Origin: an uncultured delta proteobacterium
Lineage (GTDB): Bacteria; Desulfobacterota; Desulfobacteria; Desulfobacterales; QNYZ01
NCBI GenBank assembly: GCA_963845145.1
Contig: CAWJQU010000005.1
Span: 416,001-480,000, forward strand
Reading direction: 5' to 3'
DNA: 64,000 nt
The notes beneath the pieces were generated by a model that was given only the letters and a program-made list of their open reading frames with translations, was not told the origin of the DNA and searched no databases. A program made the position numbers and the translations under genes. This document shows positions 29,471-39,724 of the stretch, one piece after another. Every line of letters begins with the position of its first letter. Position 1 is the first letter of the stretch.

Positions 29471-30472
29471 TCAGTGAGCCGCCTTCAACAATTGTTTGTA
29501 AATATCTTTTTCACGCCGGGCGCACACACGCAACATGTCGGCCATGGCTTGAAACGTATCGGTGGCCGAGGCTCGATTTTTACAGTTACGCGCGCCGATG
29601 ACGGCAAATTCCCGCCACTGATCACCGATAGCGGTCATTTCGCTGGACAGTTCCTTCAGACGGGGCCTCTCCAATAGGTCGGCCGCTTCCTGAAGGAAGG
29701 CCGCATACATGAAACGAAATCCGCCGCCGCCGGTACCGATCTCTTCCTGCATGCGAACAATTTGGCCCAGATACAGAATCGACCGACGCTTGCCGAGTTT
29801 GACCGGCCATTTTTCGATCTGGTTAGCCAGATACCGGATACCACTCACACCGATCAAAGGGCCCGGCGTATGTAACATTCGATGGCAGACCTGCTTGATG
29901 CCTTTTTTAATGGCCGGCTTAAAATCAACGGCTTCGGGAATCTGCGTCAGGTAATACATGGTTCCCTTGGGGGCCAAAGCGCCTTTGGAGAAACGTGCCT
30001 TGATCAGGTCATTTTTCGGACATCTAACCGTTTCAGGAAAGACCGGGTCACTAATGAGATAATCGTTACCCTCTTTTCCGATGACCACCAGATTGTGCAT
30101 ATTGAAATGAAACCGAAAGGCCGCTGGAAAGTAAGGCAGCCAGTATCCCCCGGTGCGACAGGCGACAGGAACGCCCTCTTTGATTTTATCGTCCAACGCT
30201 TGCATGGCGGCATCCGGATGGCGAAATTTTTGCCAGTGATACCCCACGCCCAGTTTACGTGTCGCCTTCTTGAATATACCGCCCAATTCGCTTCGATAGG
30301 TGGCCAGGGGCAAATTGTTGACTTTTATGAAAGGAATATATCCAAAAAAAAGGCCCGCCCCAATACCGAAAGCCATGGCTTCGCTGATGTCAATACCGTT
30401 ATGCTGCAATAGGTTGGCGGAAACACCGCTTTCACAATGCGCCGATTGTCGGTGAACAAAATCAATTTTCAT
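29471..30472 (-). CDS. BtrH N-terminal / DUF4872 protein (papain-like)
   Basis: HRQSAHCESG, SEAMAFGIG, FHFNMHN, SDP, EEIGTGGGGFRFMY. Confidence 0.85.
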   Translation of the reverse strand: MKIDFVHRQSAHCESGVSANLLQHNGIDISEAMAFGIGAGLFFGYIPFIKVNNLPLATYRSELGGIFKKATRKLGVGYHWQKFRHPDAAMQALDDKIKEGVPVACRTGGYWLPYFPAAFRFHFNMHNLVVIGKEGNDYLISDPVFPETVRCPKNDLIKARFSKGALAPKGTMYYLTQIPEAVDFKPAIKKGIKQVCHRMLHTPGPLIGVSGIRYLANQIEKWPVKLGKRRSILYLGQIVRMQEEIGTGGGGFRFMYAAFLQEAADLLERPRLKELSSEMTAIGDQWREFAVIGARNCKNRASATDTFQAMADMLRVCARREKDIYKQLLKAAH

Positions 30473-30480
30473 TTAAGTTA

Positions 30481-30915
30481 TCAATCATTTTGGCTTTCCG
30501 GTTCATCCGGCATTGATTGTCGCGGAACCCTCCCCACCTGATCAACGGACAGTCCCAGAATATCTGCATACTGTTTGCGTATAGCCGGCTTGAGTTTATT
30601 AAATACGGCCGGTTTCAAGTGACGCCGAACCCGCCAGCGACTCATTCCCATATATTTGGCCAGAAGGCCGACGTTCATTTGATTGTTGACCATGTGAAAA
30701 GCCAACGGGCTCAACCGGCCTTGATCAATCTTTTTTAAGACATCATGCACTTGCCCATGAATAATTTCCCATGCTTGATCATTGGTTATATTTTTTGGTT
30801 CCCAACCGATACTGGGGGTCAGTTGATAGCGGCCTTTTTTATCCACTGCATAACAGACTTCATAAACCTCATCACCCATCATGCCGCGATCCTGGGGAAC
30901 GTCTTCAACTTTCAT
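30481..30915 (-). CDS. conserved hypothetical protein of flexirubin/DAR-type clusters
   Basis: MKVEDVPQD, YAVD..G.Y....S.GWE, SPL.F.M, VRRHLKP. Confidence 0.75.
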   Translation of the reverse strand: MKVEDVPQDRGMMGDEVYEVCYAVDKKGRYQLTPSIGWEPKNITNDQAWEIIHGQVHDVLKKIDQGRLSPLAFHMVNNQMNVGLLAKYMGMSRWRVRRHLKPAVFNKLKPAIRKQYADILGLSVDQVGRVPRQSMPDEPESQND

Positions 30916-31075
30916 GGCTATTCGTCCCTTTTTAACGTTTCCTTAAACCATCGCCCAAAACCCTGAAAACGGCGCACAAGGCCGTTTATTAAAAAGTTCA
31001 ACACGTTTTTTGGGTAATTATTAAAAATACATGAATCATTTTTAAAAGGCAATAAACGTTATGAACCAAAACAGT

Positions 31076-31732
31076 CTATCGAATGCGGGTGGCTTTAACC
31101 AGGGTCATTTTCAGGCGGTATGCGCGCATTCCGTGGGAAGTCAACTCTAACACAGGCGGCAATGACGCGGCCGACCGCTCGAAAGGCAGGGATCGAACCC
31201 GTCGGCTGAGTCGGTGGTGCCGATCATAAAGACGCAGCTCCCACGATCCGGCGGTGTTGATGACCGTATCGATCATTCGGCCGCCCTCATCTTCGTGCCG
31301 ACAGACCATCGCACCGGTTTGCAACCGACCCACACCGGTCCGTTTGCCCTGAGGCCGGAAAAAAATCAGACGTATGTCGTCCACCAGGCCCCGGGCGAAT
31401 TCATGCGAATCAAACGGCGAAATACCCCGATGAACCACCAGCTCACGGTCATATTCGGCCTCGAACAAAACCAGTCCTTCCACCGTCATGATGGCAATGT
31501 GCACCTTCTTCGATTGAGGAAAGATATCGGTTATGCCCATCAGGACGCTTTTTTTTCCACCGCTAAACTGTGCCTCCACTTTATGGAGTAATTGCCAATT
31601 CCCGACTGGAAAGGGTGTCTCGCACGTGGCAGAAGATGCACCTGAAGCATCGACCAAGGGGTGGATAGCCGGCAAGCGGGCGCAGGCCGTCAGGACCCAA
31701 AGCGCAATCATTAAAAGCAGAAATCGTTTCAT
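31076..31732 (-). CDS. lipoprotein (DUF3261-like, aryl-polyene cluster type)
   Basis: LTAC lipobox; EGLVLF; coupled to the LolA-like gene. Confidence 0.65.
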   Translation of the reverse strand: MKRFLLLMIALWVLTACARLPAIHPLVDASGASSATCETPFPVGNWQLLHKVEAQFSGGKKSVLMGITDIFPQSKKVHIAIMTVEGLVLFEAEYDRELVVHRGISPFDSHEFARGLVDDIRLIFFRPQGKRTGVGRLQTGAMVCRHEDEGGRMIDTVINTAGSWELRLYDRHHRLSRRVRSLPFERSAASLPPVLELTSHGMRAYRLKMTLVKATRIR

Positions 31733-32376
31733 TGGATTTTGTAAAAAACAGACGGGGCGATCAATTCGTTGACGATGGGATCAATGAAAACGAGTTTTGT
31801 AAATGAATCACTGTTTTCGTAGATCATCACCGCTTCCATGACACCGGGTTTTGAAGATAGCAGCAATTCCACCCGCTCAATCATTCCGGCGACAGCCGCT
31901 TCTTTGGGGCTGAGTACAATCCGACGGCCCGATTCCCCGGAGCCCGGCTCAAGCGTGGCCGCAAAAAGCGGGTGATCATCAAATCGGCCGCCAAACCATT
32001 GGATAATCTGCTCCATGACCACCTGCATGCCCTGAAGGTCGGCACCGGCATCCTTGATCCATTCCCCATCGGACTTGACAAAGCGTTGGGTTTTTTCCGC
32101 ATCCACCATCAATATATTTTCAATGGGGCTGTGGTATTCCCAGCGTAGCGAACCTGGTGCCGCGTAAATCAAGTGCCCGGTAGAAATCAATGGCTGAACA
32201 AGCATCTTCATGTGCTTCTCCTGCCTGAAATCCGACTGAATCGATTGAATTTTCGTAGCGGCCGTACGAATACCCTCCCAGGTGTCCCCCCAGCCAAAAC
32301 AGGGCGGTACCCAAAAAAGAGATAACCACATCATCATCCCTATGACCCATTTTCTCATTTCCAACCAAGGTGTCAT
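31729..32376 (-). CDS. LolA-family outer membrane lipoprotein carrier
   Basis: Signal peptide; FRQEKHM, STG, PGSLRWEY. Confidence 0.87.
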   Translation of the reverse strand: MTPWLEMRKWVIGMMMWLSLFWVPPCFGWGDTWEGIRTAATKIQSIQSDFRQEKHMKMLVQPLISTGHLIYAAPGSLRWEYHSPIENILMVDAEKTQRFVKSDGEWIKDAGADLQGMQVVMEQIIQWFGGRFDDHPLFAATLEPGSGESGRRIVLSPKEAAVAGMIERVELLLSSKPGVMEAVMIYENSDSFTKLVFIDPIVNELIAPSVFYKIQ

Positions 32377-32435
32377 TTTAAATGAATTCCAAAAAGTTTA
32401 AACACCAAAAAATTTAAACAATGGTTTTGTCAAAA

Positions 32436-33170
32436 TTAAAACATACCGCCGTTTACCGACAACACCTGCCCGGTAATATAAGAGGAGGCATCCGAACAGA
32501 AAAAACGCACCGCCTGGGCCACTTCCGCGGGCTGGCCGATACGGGCCATGGGAATCATGGACTTGATATTTTTTAGAGGCAAGTCGCCGATCATGTCGGT
32601 GGCGATCAGACCCGGGGCCACCACATTGACACGAACGCCCAAACGGGCCACCTCGGCCGCCAGGCTCCGGCTGGCTGAGATCAGGCCCCCCTTGGCGGCG
32701 GAATAGTTGGCTTGGCCCCGGTTGCCCACCAAAGCGGAGGCTGAGGCAATGGAGACGATGGCACCCCTTTTGTTTTTAAGCATTTTTTCCACCACGGGAC
32801 GCGTGACATTGAAAAACCCGTGCAATCCGGTATCGATTACCGAGTGCCAATCCTCCCGGGGCATCATGACGAAAAGCCCGTCCGCAATTATACCGGCATT
32901 GTTCACCAGCACATCGATTTGCGGATATCGGTCCAAAAGGTCGTCCATGGCCGCCTGAACGGCCACGTGATCGGACACGTCAAAACCCGCAATCTCACCA
33001 TCGCTTCCCTCAGCCCGCACCTGGGTAAGGGTTTCATTCGCGCCGGGTTCATCGGACCGAAAATTTATGATCAGAAAATAGCCGGCACGCGCCAGCTCCA
33101 GACAAACAGCCCGGCCAATCCCTTTGCTGGCGCCGGTAACAATGGCCGTTTTTTTAGGGGCTTGGGTCAT
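32436..33170 (-). CDS. fabG: 3-oxoacyl-ACP reductase
   Basis: [41 protein letters not shown]. Confidence 0.92.
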   Translation of the reverse strand: MTQAPKKTAIVTGASKGIGRAVCLELARAGYFLIINFRSDEPGANETLTQVRAEGSDGEIAGFDVSDHVAVQAAMDDLLDRYPQIDVLVNNAGIIADGLFVMMPREDWHSVIDTGLHGFFNVTRPVVEKMLKNKRGAIVSIASASALVGNRGQANYSAAKGGLISASRSLAAEVARLGVRVNVVAPGLIATDMIGDLPLKNIKSMIPMARIGQPAEVAQAVRFFCSDASSYITGQVLSVNGGMF

Positions 33171-33209
33171 GGTTTACCTTTTTTACCTTATTTTAAGTGG
33201 GTTACCTTT

Positions 33210-33644
33210 TTAAGAAGATTCAGATCTCAATAGTTGAAGGATGATCTCCGCAATCACCCCCCCGTTCATTTCAACGGTGCCGTGGACTTCGCGAAACCCT
33301 TCGAATTCAAAGCGGTTTTTCGAACTTGTGATCAAGCGGGTGCCTAGGGCAACCCCCTGGGTAGGCAGGTCAGCCTGCTTGATGCCGACAATCCACCCTT
33401 TTTTGTCCACATCGGGCCCTTCTTCTTTTTCCCGCTTCCATCCATTGTGGATACCGGCGGTCTGGGCCACCAGTTCGATAAGCACAAGGGGGTCGACCCG
33501 GTCGCTATGACAGAGCGGCCAGGACTTATCCGCAACAGCGCCCGTAACGGCCTGGTGTTCATCCACACAAACAATGTCGGTCACCAGAAGCATGGGTTCC
33601 CGGTGCGGTAACAGGTCTTTAATGTCGTGATCAGCCGGTGTCAT
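33210..33644 (-). CDS. hotdog 3-hydroxyacyl-ACP dehydratase (ApeP-like)
   Basis: LLPHREPMLLV, IELVAQT. Confidence 0.8.
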   Translation of the reverse strand: MTPADHDIKDLLPHREPMLLVTDIVCVDEHQAVTGAVADKSWPLCHSDRVDPLVLIELVAQTAGIHNGWKREKEEGPDVDKKGWIVGIKQADLPTQGVALGTRLITSSKNRFEFEGFREVHGTVEMNGGVIAEIILQLLRSESS

Positions 33645-33881
33645 CACCTTAATCCGTTTTGCATCATGTGATCGCATGGGCACACCCAGTCAAAGTTCAA
33701 GAAAACAATTGAAAAGAAACCCCGAAACAAGTAAACTGGGTAATTTTTTTATCTACAATCATCATGCATTAAACTAAAAATACATAATAACGACCCTGAA
33801 GTAAAGATTACGCTGGATATTGCAAATCCACAGCAGCTAACTACCTTACGAGTGGCTACGAATCAAACGGGATAAATATAA

Positions 33882-34148
33882 ATGGAACAACTGGTTGAAA
33901 AATTAAGAATAAAAATTGTCGATATTTTAGATTTGGTGGATGTTCGACCGGAAGATATCGATCCTGACGGCCCTTTGGTGGGCGGCGATCTTGAAATTGA
34001 TTCTATCGATGTCCTGGAATTGGTTATGATGATCGAAAAAGATTACGGAATTCGCATCGATAACCGCGACCTTGGGGCCGAAGTATTTTCCAGCCTGCGA
34101 TCGCTAGCTGCGTATATCCATAAAAATACAGCGGAAATGCCGGGATGA
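33882..34148 (+). CDS. acyl carrier protein
   Basis: LVGGDLEIDSIDVLEL. Confidence 0.9.
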   Translation: MEQLVEKLRIKIVDILDLVDVRPEDIDPDGPLVGGDLEIDSIDVLELVMMIEKDYGIRIDNRDLGAEVFSSLRSLAAYIHKNTAEMPG

Positions 34149-36341
34149 GTGCCGTACGGGCCATCATATCCGGGACAGGGATCATCAGCGCCCTGGGATC
34201 CGGATGGGTTGCCACCCGTAACGCATTGGAAGCACAACGGGTGGCGATTGGGCCGCTGAGCCTTTTCCCCACCCCGCATGACCCGCCCCTTCCGGCCGGG
34301 GAAGTACGCAACCGGTTGGAACAAAACGCGCTGCCGCGCACCCACCAGCTGGCCCAAATCGCCGCCGCTCAGGCGTTTACAGGGAGACTCGCTCCAGATG
34401 CCATCGTCGTAGGGACCACTACCGGTGGATTGCTGACCACCGAAGCGCTGTTGAAACAAAATGTGGCCGACCCTTCGGCGTATTGTTTTCATTCGCCGGC
34501 CACGGTGGCGGAAACCATCGCCAAACAATATGGATGCCGAGGGCCGGTCCTGACCGTATCCACTGCGTGTTCGTCCGGAGCCGTCGCCTTAAAAATCGCC
34601 CTTGAACTCATTCGAAACGGCCGCGCCCGCCGGGTTCTGGCCGGAGGTGCCGACAATTTGTGCCGCCTGATCTATCACGGTTTTAACGCCCTCCAACTCA
34701 TCGATCCCAAAGGTGCCCGTCCCCTGGACCGGGACCGCCGGGGCATGTCCGTGGCCGAAGGTGCCGCTTTTTTGATGCTCGAAGCAGACGATGGGCATCC
34801 GAACGCCGTAGCACTCCTTGGCGCAGGGCTTTCATGTGATGCCTTTCATCCAACAGCTCCCCATCCCGACGGCAAAGGCGCTATGGCGGCCATGACAGCC
34901 GCTATAGAGGATGCCGGACTCAACCCTGAAACCATCGACTACATCAATCTTCACGGCACCGGCACCTTGGATAACGATCTATCCGAAGCCCGGGCTGTTC
35001 GCACCCTTTTTAAAAACAAGACACCGATGCTTTCATCGGTTAAGGGGGCCATGGGCCACTCATTGGGTGCGGCAGGGGCCATGGAAGCGGTCATTGCGAC
35101 AAACTGTGTGCATGATCAATGGATTCCCGGAAATGTGGGCCTGAGCACACCTGACCCAGCCTTAAACCTGACACCGATCATGCGATCCAAAGCCACACCT
35201 GTTCGAACCGTCCTCTCCAATTCCCTCGGGTTCGGGGGCAATAATGCCGCGGTCGTCATCGGGGACTCCCGCATTGGCGACCGTTCACCTGCAATGAACA
35301 CCGGATCGCGATCCGGGCCGTTGACCATTCTGGGTAGCGCATGCATCACCGGAGCCGGCCATACCGATGAAACCTTAAAGCGTTTCACAAAAGGCCGGAC
35401 CTGCAACGGCAAACTTGCTTTAGATCTTATGACCCGTTTTTTATCACCCAAACGCGTCAGGCGACTTAAACGCCTTCCCCGGTTGACATTGGCCCTGGCC
35501 GAGCAAGCCCATAGCCATGCGGACCAATCCCCCCCCCGTAGAATCGATTTTTATGGGCACCGGCTGGGGCGCCCTGTCCGAAACCTATCGTTTTTTGACC
35601 CGACTTTTCGAAACCGATGAACAATTCCCCAGCCCGACCGATTTTATCGGCTCGGTACACAATGCACCCGCCGGCCAGGCGGCCATGATGTTTAACGCCA
35701 CCGGTGCCAACGTTACCACCACGGGAGGTGACGTATCGTTTGAACAGGCGCTCATGGCAGCGGAACTTGTGTGTGGCGGCGATACGGCCCTGGTAATAGG
35801 TGCGGATGAAGCCCATGACAAATTTTCGCCACTGCTGGATCCATCGGTTGGCGAAAACGGCCATTTATCGGATGGCGGCGGGGCACTGCTGGTTAAGCCG
35901 GGATCAAAGCCCGGTGGTGTTTCCATCCATCTGGCCCATTATGAACCTGCCGATGACCCGGCTGATGACATTGCTCATGGCCTGGCCGTGACAATCGACG
36001 GGGTTATCGATTCACTGGGCTCGGCAGATCGGTTGCATTCGCGTATCGGTTTTATTTTAGCCGGGATTCCCGCAGCGCAAAGAACGCAAGGCGACCGGCA
36101 ATTGGATCAATTCAGGGAACGCACCCGCTTTACAGGCCCCGTAATCGACTATCGCCCGATTATCGGCGAATTTGCCTCTGCTTCAGCTGTTGCCGCTGTT
36201 CTGTCCGCCCGGTTCACAGCTGAAGGGGTGATACCCGGCGGCCTTAGTTCCGATGACCAAACGCTTCCATTAAACGGCAAGGGCGGCTTGGTCCTGGGGC
36301 TGGGACGATGGGTCACGGCCATGGAGGTGGTGCTGCAATGA
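34145..36341 (+). CDS. fused KS + CLF-like protein, split by a +1 frameshift in a C9 tract (35529-35537)
   Basis: KS: TACSSG, HGTGT, GHSLG, GFGGNN. The CLF part starts before the shift (VRRLKRL) and continues in ORF 35517-36341 (GTGWG, SPTDFIGSVHNA, GADE, SDGG). C8 restores one ORF. Confidence 0.8.
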
Positions 36342-37762
36342 AGGTATTGTTGATCTCTGCCAATCAATACACCCAACCGCATCCGGTTTACCCTCTGGGC
36401 CTTGATTATGTGGCCGGCGCCATTGGCCCGGACCATGTGGTTGAAATCCTGGATTTAAACGCCCTCAACCCGTCAGAGGCGCTTTTTGAAGCGATCGACG
36501 ATTTTTCGCCGGATATCATCGGGCTGTCCATTCGAAATATCGACAACACGGACGTCTCTTCGCCCCAGGGATTCATTGCCGCCTATCGCCATCTTGCCGA
36601 TACCATTCGAACCCAATCCCGTAAAATTATACCTGATAAAAATAGGCCCGATCAAAACAGACCCGGTCAAAATAAAACTGGTCAAAATGGGGATAAGGTC
36701 CCACTGGTTCTGGGAGGGAGCGGCTTCACCCTGTTTCCCCGGGAACTGATGGCAAGCCTTGGCGCCGACTATGGCATTATCGGCGAAGGTGAACGGTTTG
36801 GCCTTCTATTGGATTGTTTAACCAAAGGCAAGGACCCGTCGATGCTGCCCGGCATCATTACCGCCAAAAACGGGGGAACAGTGCCCATTCCCTGGCAGGG
36901 GCGCATCGCCGATCGTTTTAATCCCAACCGTCCTCACCTTTCCTATTACCTGAAAAACGGGGGAATATTAAACCTTCAAACCAAACGCGGATGTCGATAC
37001 CGATGTATTTATTGTACCTACCCGTATATCGAAGGCGGCAGCCCCAGGTTGTTTGACCCCGATGATATCGCCGGTACCGCGCGACAACTGCAGACGGCCG
37101 GAGCAAAGTATCTGTTTATCACGGATTCAACCTTCAACTCGGAGATGGACCATACCCTGGCCGTGGCAGAGGCGTTTAAACAAGCGGCCGTCACCATTCC
37201 CTGGGGGGCCTTTTTTGCACCCATGGTTCCTGCTGGCGATTATTTCAAACAGCTGGCCGATGCCGGGCTCACCCATGTTGAATTTGGAACGGAATCATTA
37301 AGTGACCCGGTATTGAAAACCTATCGAAAACCGTTTAAACAACGCCATGTTTTAGAGGCCCACCAAGCGGCTCTGGACGCCGGATTGCATGTGGCCCACT
37401 ATTTTTTATTGGGCGGTCCGGGTGAAACCCCGGATACGGTGGCAGAAACCCTGGATCGCGCGGATCGGCTGGAAAAATGTGCCCTATTTGTCTTTTGCGG
37501 GATGCGCATTTACCCCCATACGGAGTTACACCGGATAGCCACCGCTGAAGGCCGGATTTGTCCCAGTGACAATTTGATGGCGCCGGTATTTTATCAGAAT
37601 CCGGCGATCTCGGAGCACGCATTGATGCAACGGGTAAATAAATGGGCCGATGGGCATGGCAACCGAATCGTTGGGGCCGGTGGTGAAGAGACGGCCCGGA
37701 TTATTTCAAGGCTCTACAGCCGCGGATTTTCCGGTCCACTCTGGGAATATTTGATCCGGTGA
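36338..37762 (+). CDS. lipid-biosynthesis B12-binding radical SAM protein
   Basis: MKVLLISAN..PVYPLGL, GLSIRNIDN, LGGSGF, GEGE, QTKRGCRYRCIYC, DSTFN, EFGTES; ATGA overlap. Confidence 0.9.
   Translation: MKVLLISANQYTQPHPVYPLGLDYVAGAIGPDHVVEILDLNALNPSEALFEAIDDFSPDIIGLSIRNIDNTDVSSPQGFIAAYRHLADTIRTQSRKIIPDKNRPDQNRPGQNKTGQNGDKVPLVLGGSGFTLFPRELMASLGADYGIIGEGERFGLLLDCLTKGKDPSMLPGIITAKNGGTVPIPWQGRIADRFNPNRPHLSYYLKNGGILNLQTKRGCRYRCIYCTYPYIEGGSPRLFDPDDIAGTARQLQTAGAKYLFITDSTFNSEMDHTLAVAEAFKQAAVTIPWGAFFAPMVPAGDYFKQLADAGLTHVEFGTESLSDPVLKTYRKPFKQRHVLEAHQAALDAGLHVAHYFLLGGPGETPDTVAETLDRADRLEKCALFVFCGMRIYPHTELHRIATAEGRICPSDNLMAPVFYQNPAISEHALMQRVNKWADGHGNRIVGAGGEETARIISRLYSRGFSGPLWEYLIR
36632..36691 (+). repeat. 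four imperfect 15-bp in-frame tandem repeats
   Basis: CCTGATAAAAATAGG CCCGATCAAAACAGA CCCGGTCAAAATAAA ACTGGTCAAAATGGG. Confidence 0.75.
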
Positions 37763-37843
37763 AAGGCGTTTTTTGGAAAATCGACACGCTTTGGGGTTAA
37801 TGCTTGAACATCTTTTTGTTTTAATTTATGAGTTTAGGCGCTC

Positions 37844-38239
37844 ATGTGGCACCGAATAGACCAAATAACACGCACACCGTCGGGTGAAATATCGGCCGAA
37901 TGCCACATCTCGGTGGAATCACAATGGTTTTTGGGACATTTTCCCGGAAAACCAATATTGCCTGCAATCGCCCAGTTGGCGATGGTGCGTGAAACAATCA
38001 GCCGTGGAAGCCATCAGGCTGGCGATGTTAACCATGACAATAACCGTGATGGCCACCATGATAGCCGGCCGGCTGATTGCCGGTTCAGTCGCGTAAAATT
38101 TAAAAAGATGATCACACCCGGCGAGTGCTTGATAATTCTGGCCTCTCCGAAGAAAACCCCCGGCACTTATACATTCCGTATAACGGTCGAAAAGTCCATT
38201 GTATGCAGTGGTAACTTGACAATTAAAACAGACTCTTGA
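37844..38239 (+). CDS. FabA/FabZ-like dehydratase (ApeI-like)
   Basis: WFLGHFPGKPILPAIAQL, VKFKKMITPG. Confidence 0.85.
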   Translation: MWHRIDQITRTPSGEISAECHISVESQWFLGHFPGKPILPAIAQLAMVRETISRGSHQAGDVNHDNNRDGHHDSRPADCRFSRVKFKKMITPGECLIILASPKKTPGTYTFRITVEKSIVCSGNLTIKTDS

Positions 38240-38294
38240 GGAGTTCAAGGGTGTCATTAAATATATTAACTTAAAAAGGGAGTCAATTCTACAT

Positions 38295-38576
38295 ATGGCA
38301 ATTGAAACCGGCATTGAAAAGATCACGTTACGTGTAGCGGAAATGATGATCAGCGAACTCAAGCTCGAAGATATTACCCCTGAGACATTTGATCCGAAAA
38401 TTGATTTGGTCGACGAGGTGGGTATTGACAGCATGGATCTGGCCACCTTGGCGCTGGTCATTCGAGATGAATACGCGATTCGTATCGATGAGGACGACTA
38501 CCCCAAATTAACCAATCTTCGATTAATCGCCGAGTATGTCTCTAAAAAACTCGATGAGAAAAAATCGGACGCATAG
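38295..38576 (+). CDS. acyl carrier protein
   Basis: LVDEVGIDSMDLATL. Confidence 0.9.
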   Translation: MAIETGIEKITLRVAEMMISELKLEDITPETFDPKIDLVDEVGIDSMDLATLALVIRDEYAIRIDEDDYPKLTNLRLIAEYVSKKLDEKKSDA

Positions 38577-38597
38577 GGATGATGAAAGAGAAGGCAA

Positions 38598-39695
38598 TTG
38601 GCCGTGGTGAGTGAACCCAATCGTAAAACCGAAAGTACCGACAACTCGGAAGAAGCAAAATTTTCCGACATATTAGCCGACCCACAGGTGCGTGCCCGCT
38701 GGGAAAAAGTTCGGAAATGGTTTTTCTTGAGGGAGTCGACCTATGACATGACCAACCGCTGCAATATCCGCTGCGAAGGGTGTTATTTCTATGAGGGCGA
38801 CAAACAATTCGCCCAGCTCAATACGGATCCTCAAGCCTGGCGCCGGTTGATGAAAGCGGAAAAAGAGCGTGGTATCACTTTTGTGGTCCTGGCCGGCGCA
38901 GAACCGTCGCTGGTTCCCCAGTTATGCGAAGCCTGCTATGACGAGATACCGCTGGGAGCCATTGCCACCAACGGCATAAATCGGTTCCCGGCATCCATTG
39001 AATATAAAATTCACATTTCCGTATGGGGCAATGACGACACCAGTTTGAAAATTCGAGGTGCCAAGAATATGTTGCGGCGACAGATCGACAACTATCGCCA
39101 TGATCCCCGAGCCGCCTTTGTCTATACCTTCACGCGCGACAATATCGAGCAGGCCTTTGAGGTCGGGGACGTATTGGCCGACAACGATTGCCAAATGACT
39201 TTCAATATGTTTTCCGCCCCGGTAGGGTACAGTGGCGATTTGCGGCACACGGCAGCGTCGCTTAAACAAACCCGACAGGCAATGATGGCGCTTTTGAAAA
39301 CATATCCCCATAATGTGCTTTTCTCCCCTTACAGTACGGTTGCGCACACCCACCACCTGGGTCTGCACGACCTGTATGCGTGTCCGTATCCACGCCGCAA
39401 TCCGTCCACGGCCATCGGCCTCGGTCGGTCTTTCCGCCAGTATCGGACCGATCTGACCTGGGATCGTCAAGCCGCCTGCTGTGTTCCTGACACGGATTGT
39501 GACGACTGCCGCCACTACGCCGCCGGTAGTGCCGTGGTCACAGCGCGCATGTTTCGCCATGCCGTCAAACGGGAAACATTTTGCGCCTGGCTCGATTATG
39601 CCGACACCTATCTGGCCGTCTGGGTAAAGGGGTATGAAAAAAGTACCAACTTGTTAAGCACCTTGAGCCCGCCACCGGGCAACAGCATCTTTTAA
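38598..39695 (+). CDS. radical SAM protein (no B12 domain) with C-terminal Cys cluster
   Basis: YDMTNRCNIRCEGCYF, AGAEP, ATNG, CCVPDTDCDDC. Confidence 0.88.
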   Translation: MAVVSEPNRKTESTDNSEEAKFSDILADPQVRARWEKVRKWFFLRESTYDMTNRCNIRCEGCYFYEGDKQFAQLNTDPQAWRRLMKAEKERGITFVVLAGAEPSLVPQLCEACYDEIPLGAIATNGINRFPASIEYKIHISVWGNDDTSLKIRGAKNMLRRQIDNYRHDPRAAFVYTFTRDNIEQAFEVGDVLADNDCQMTFNMFSAPVGYSGDLRHTAASLKQTRQAMMALLKTYPHNVLFSPYSTVAHTHHLGLHDLYACPYPRRNPSTAIGLGRSFRQYRTDLTWDRQAACCVPDTDCDDCRHYAAGSAVVTARMFRHAVKRETFCAWLDYADTYLAVWVKGYEKSTNLLSTLSPPPGNSIF

Positions 39696-39724
39696 GGTGA
39701 AAGAATCGTGAGGACATTGTATCA

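Noticed and set aside
35517..36341. Independent CLF gene
   Set aside because: The start lacks the CLF N-terminal segment, which lies in the upstream ORF before the C9 tract.
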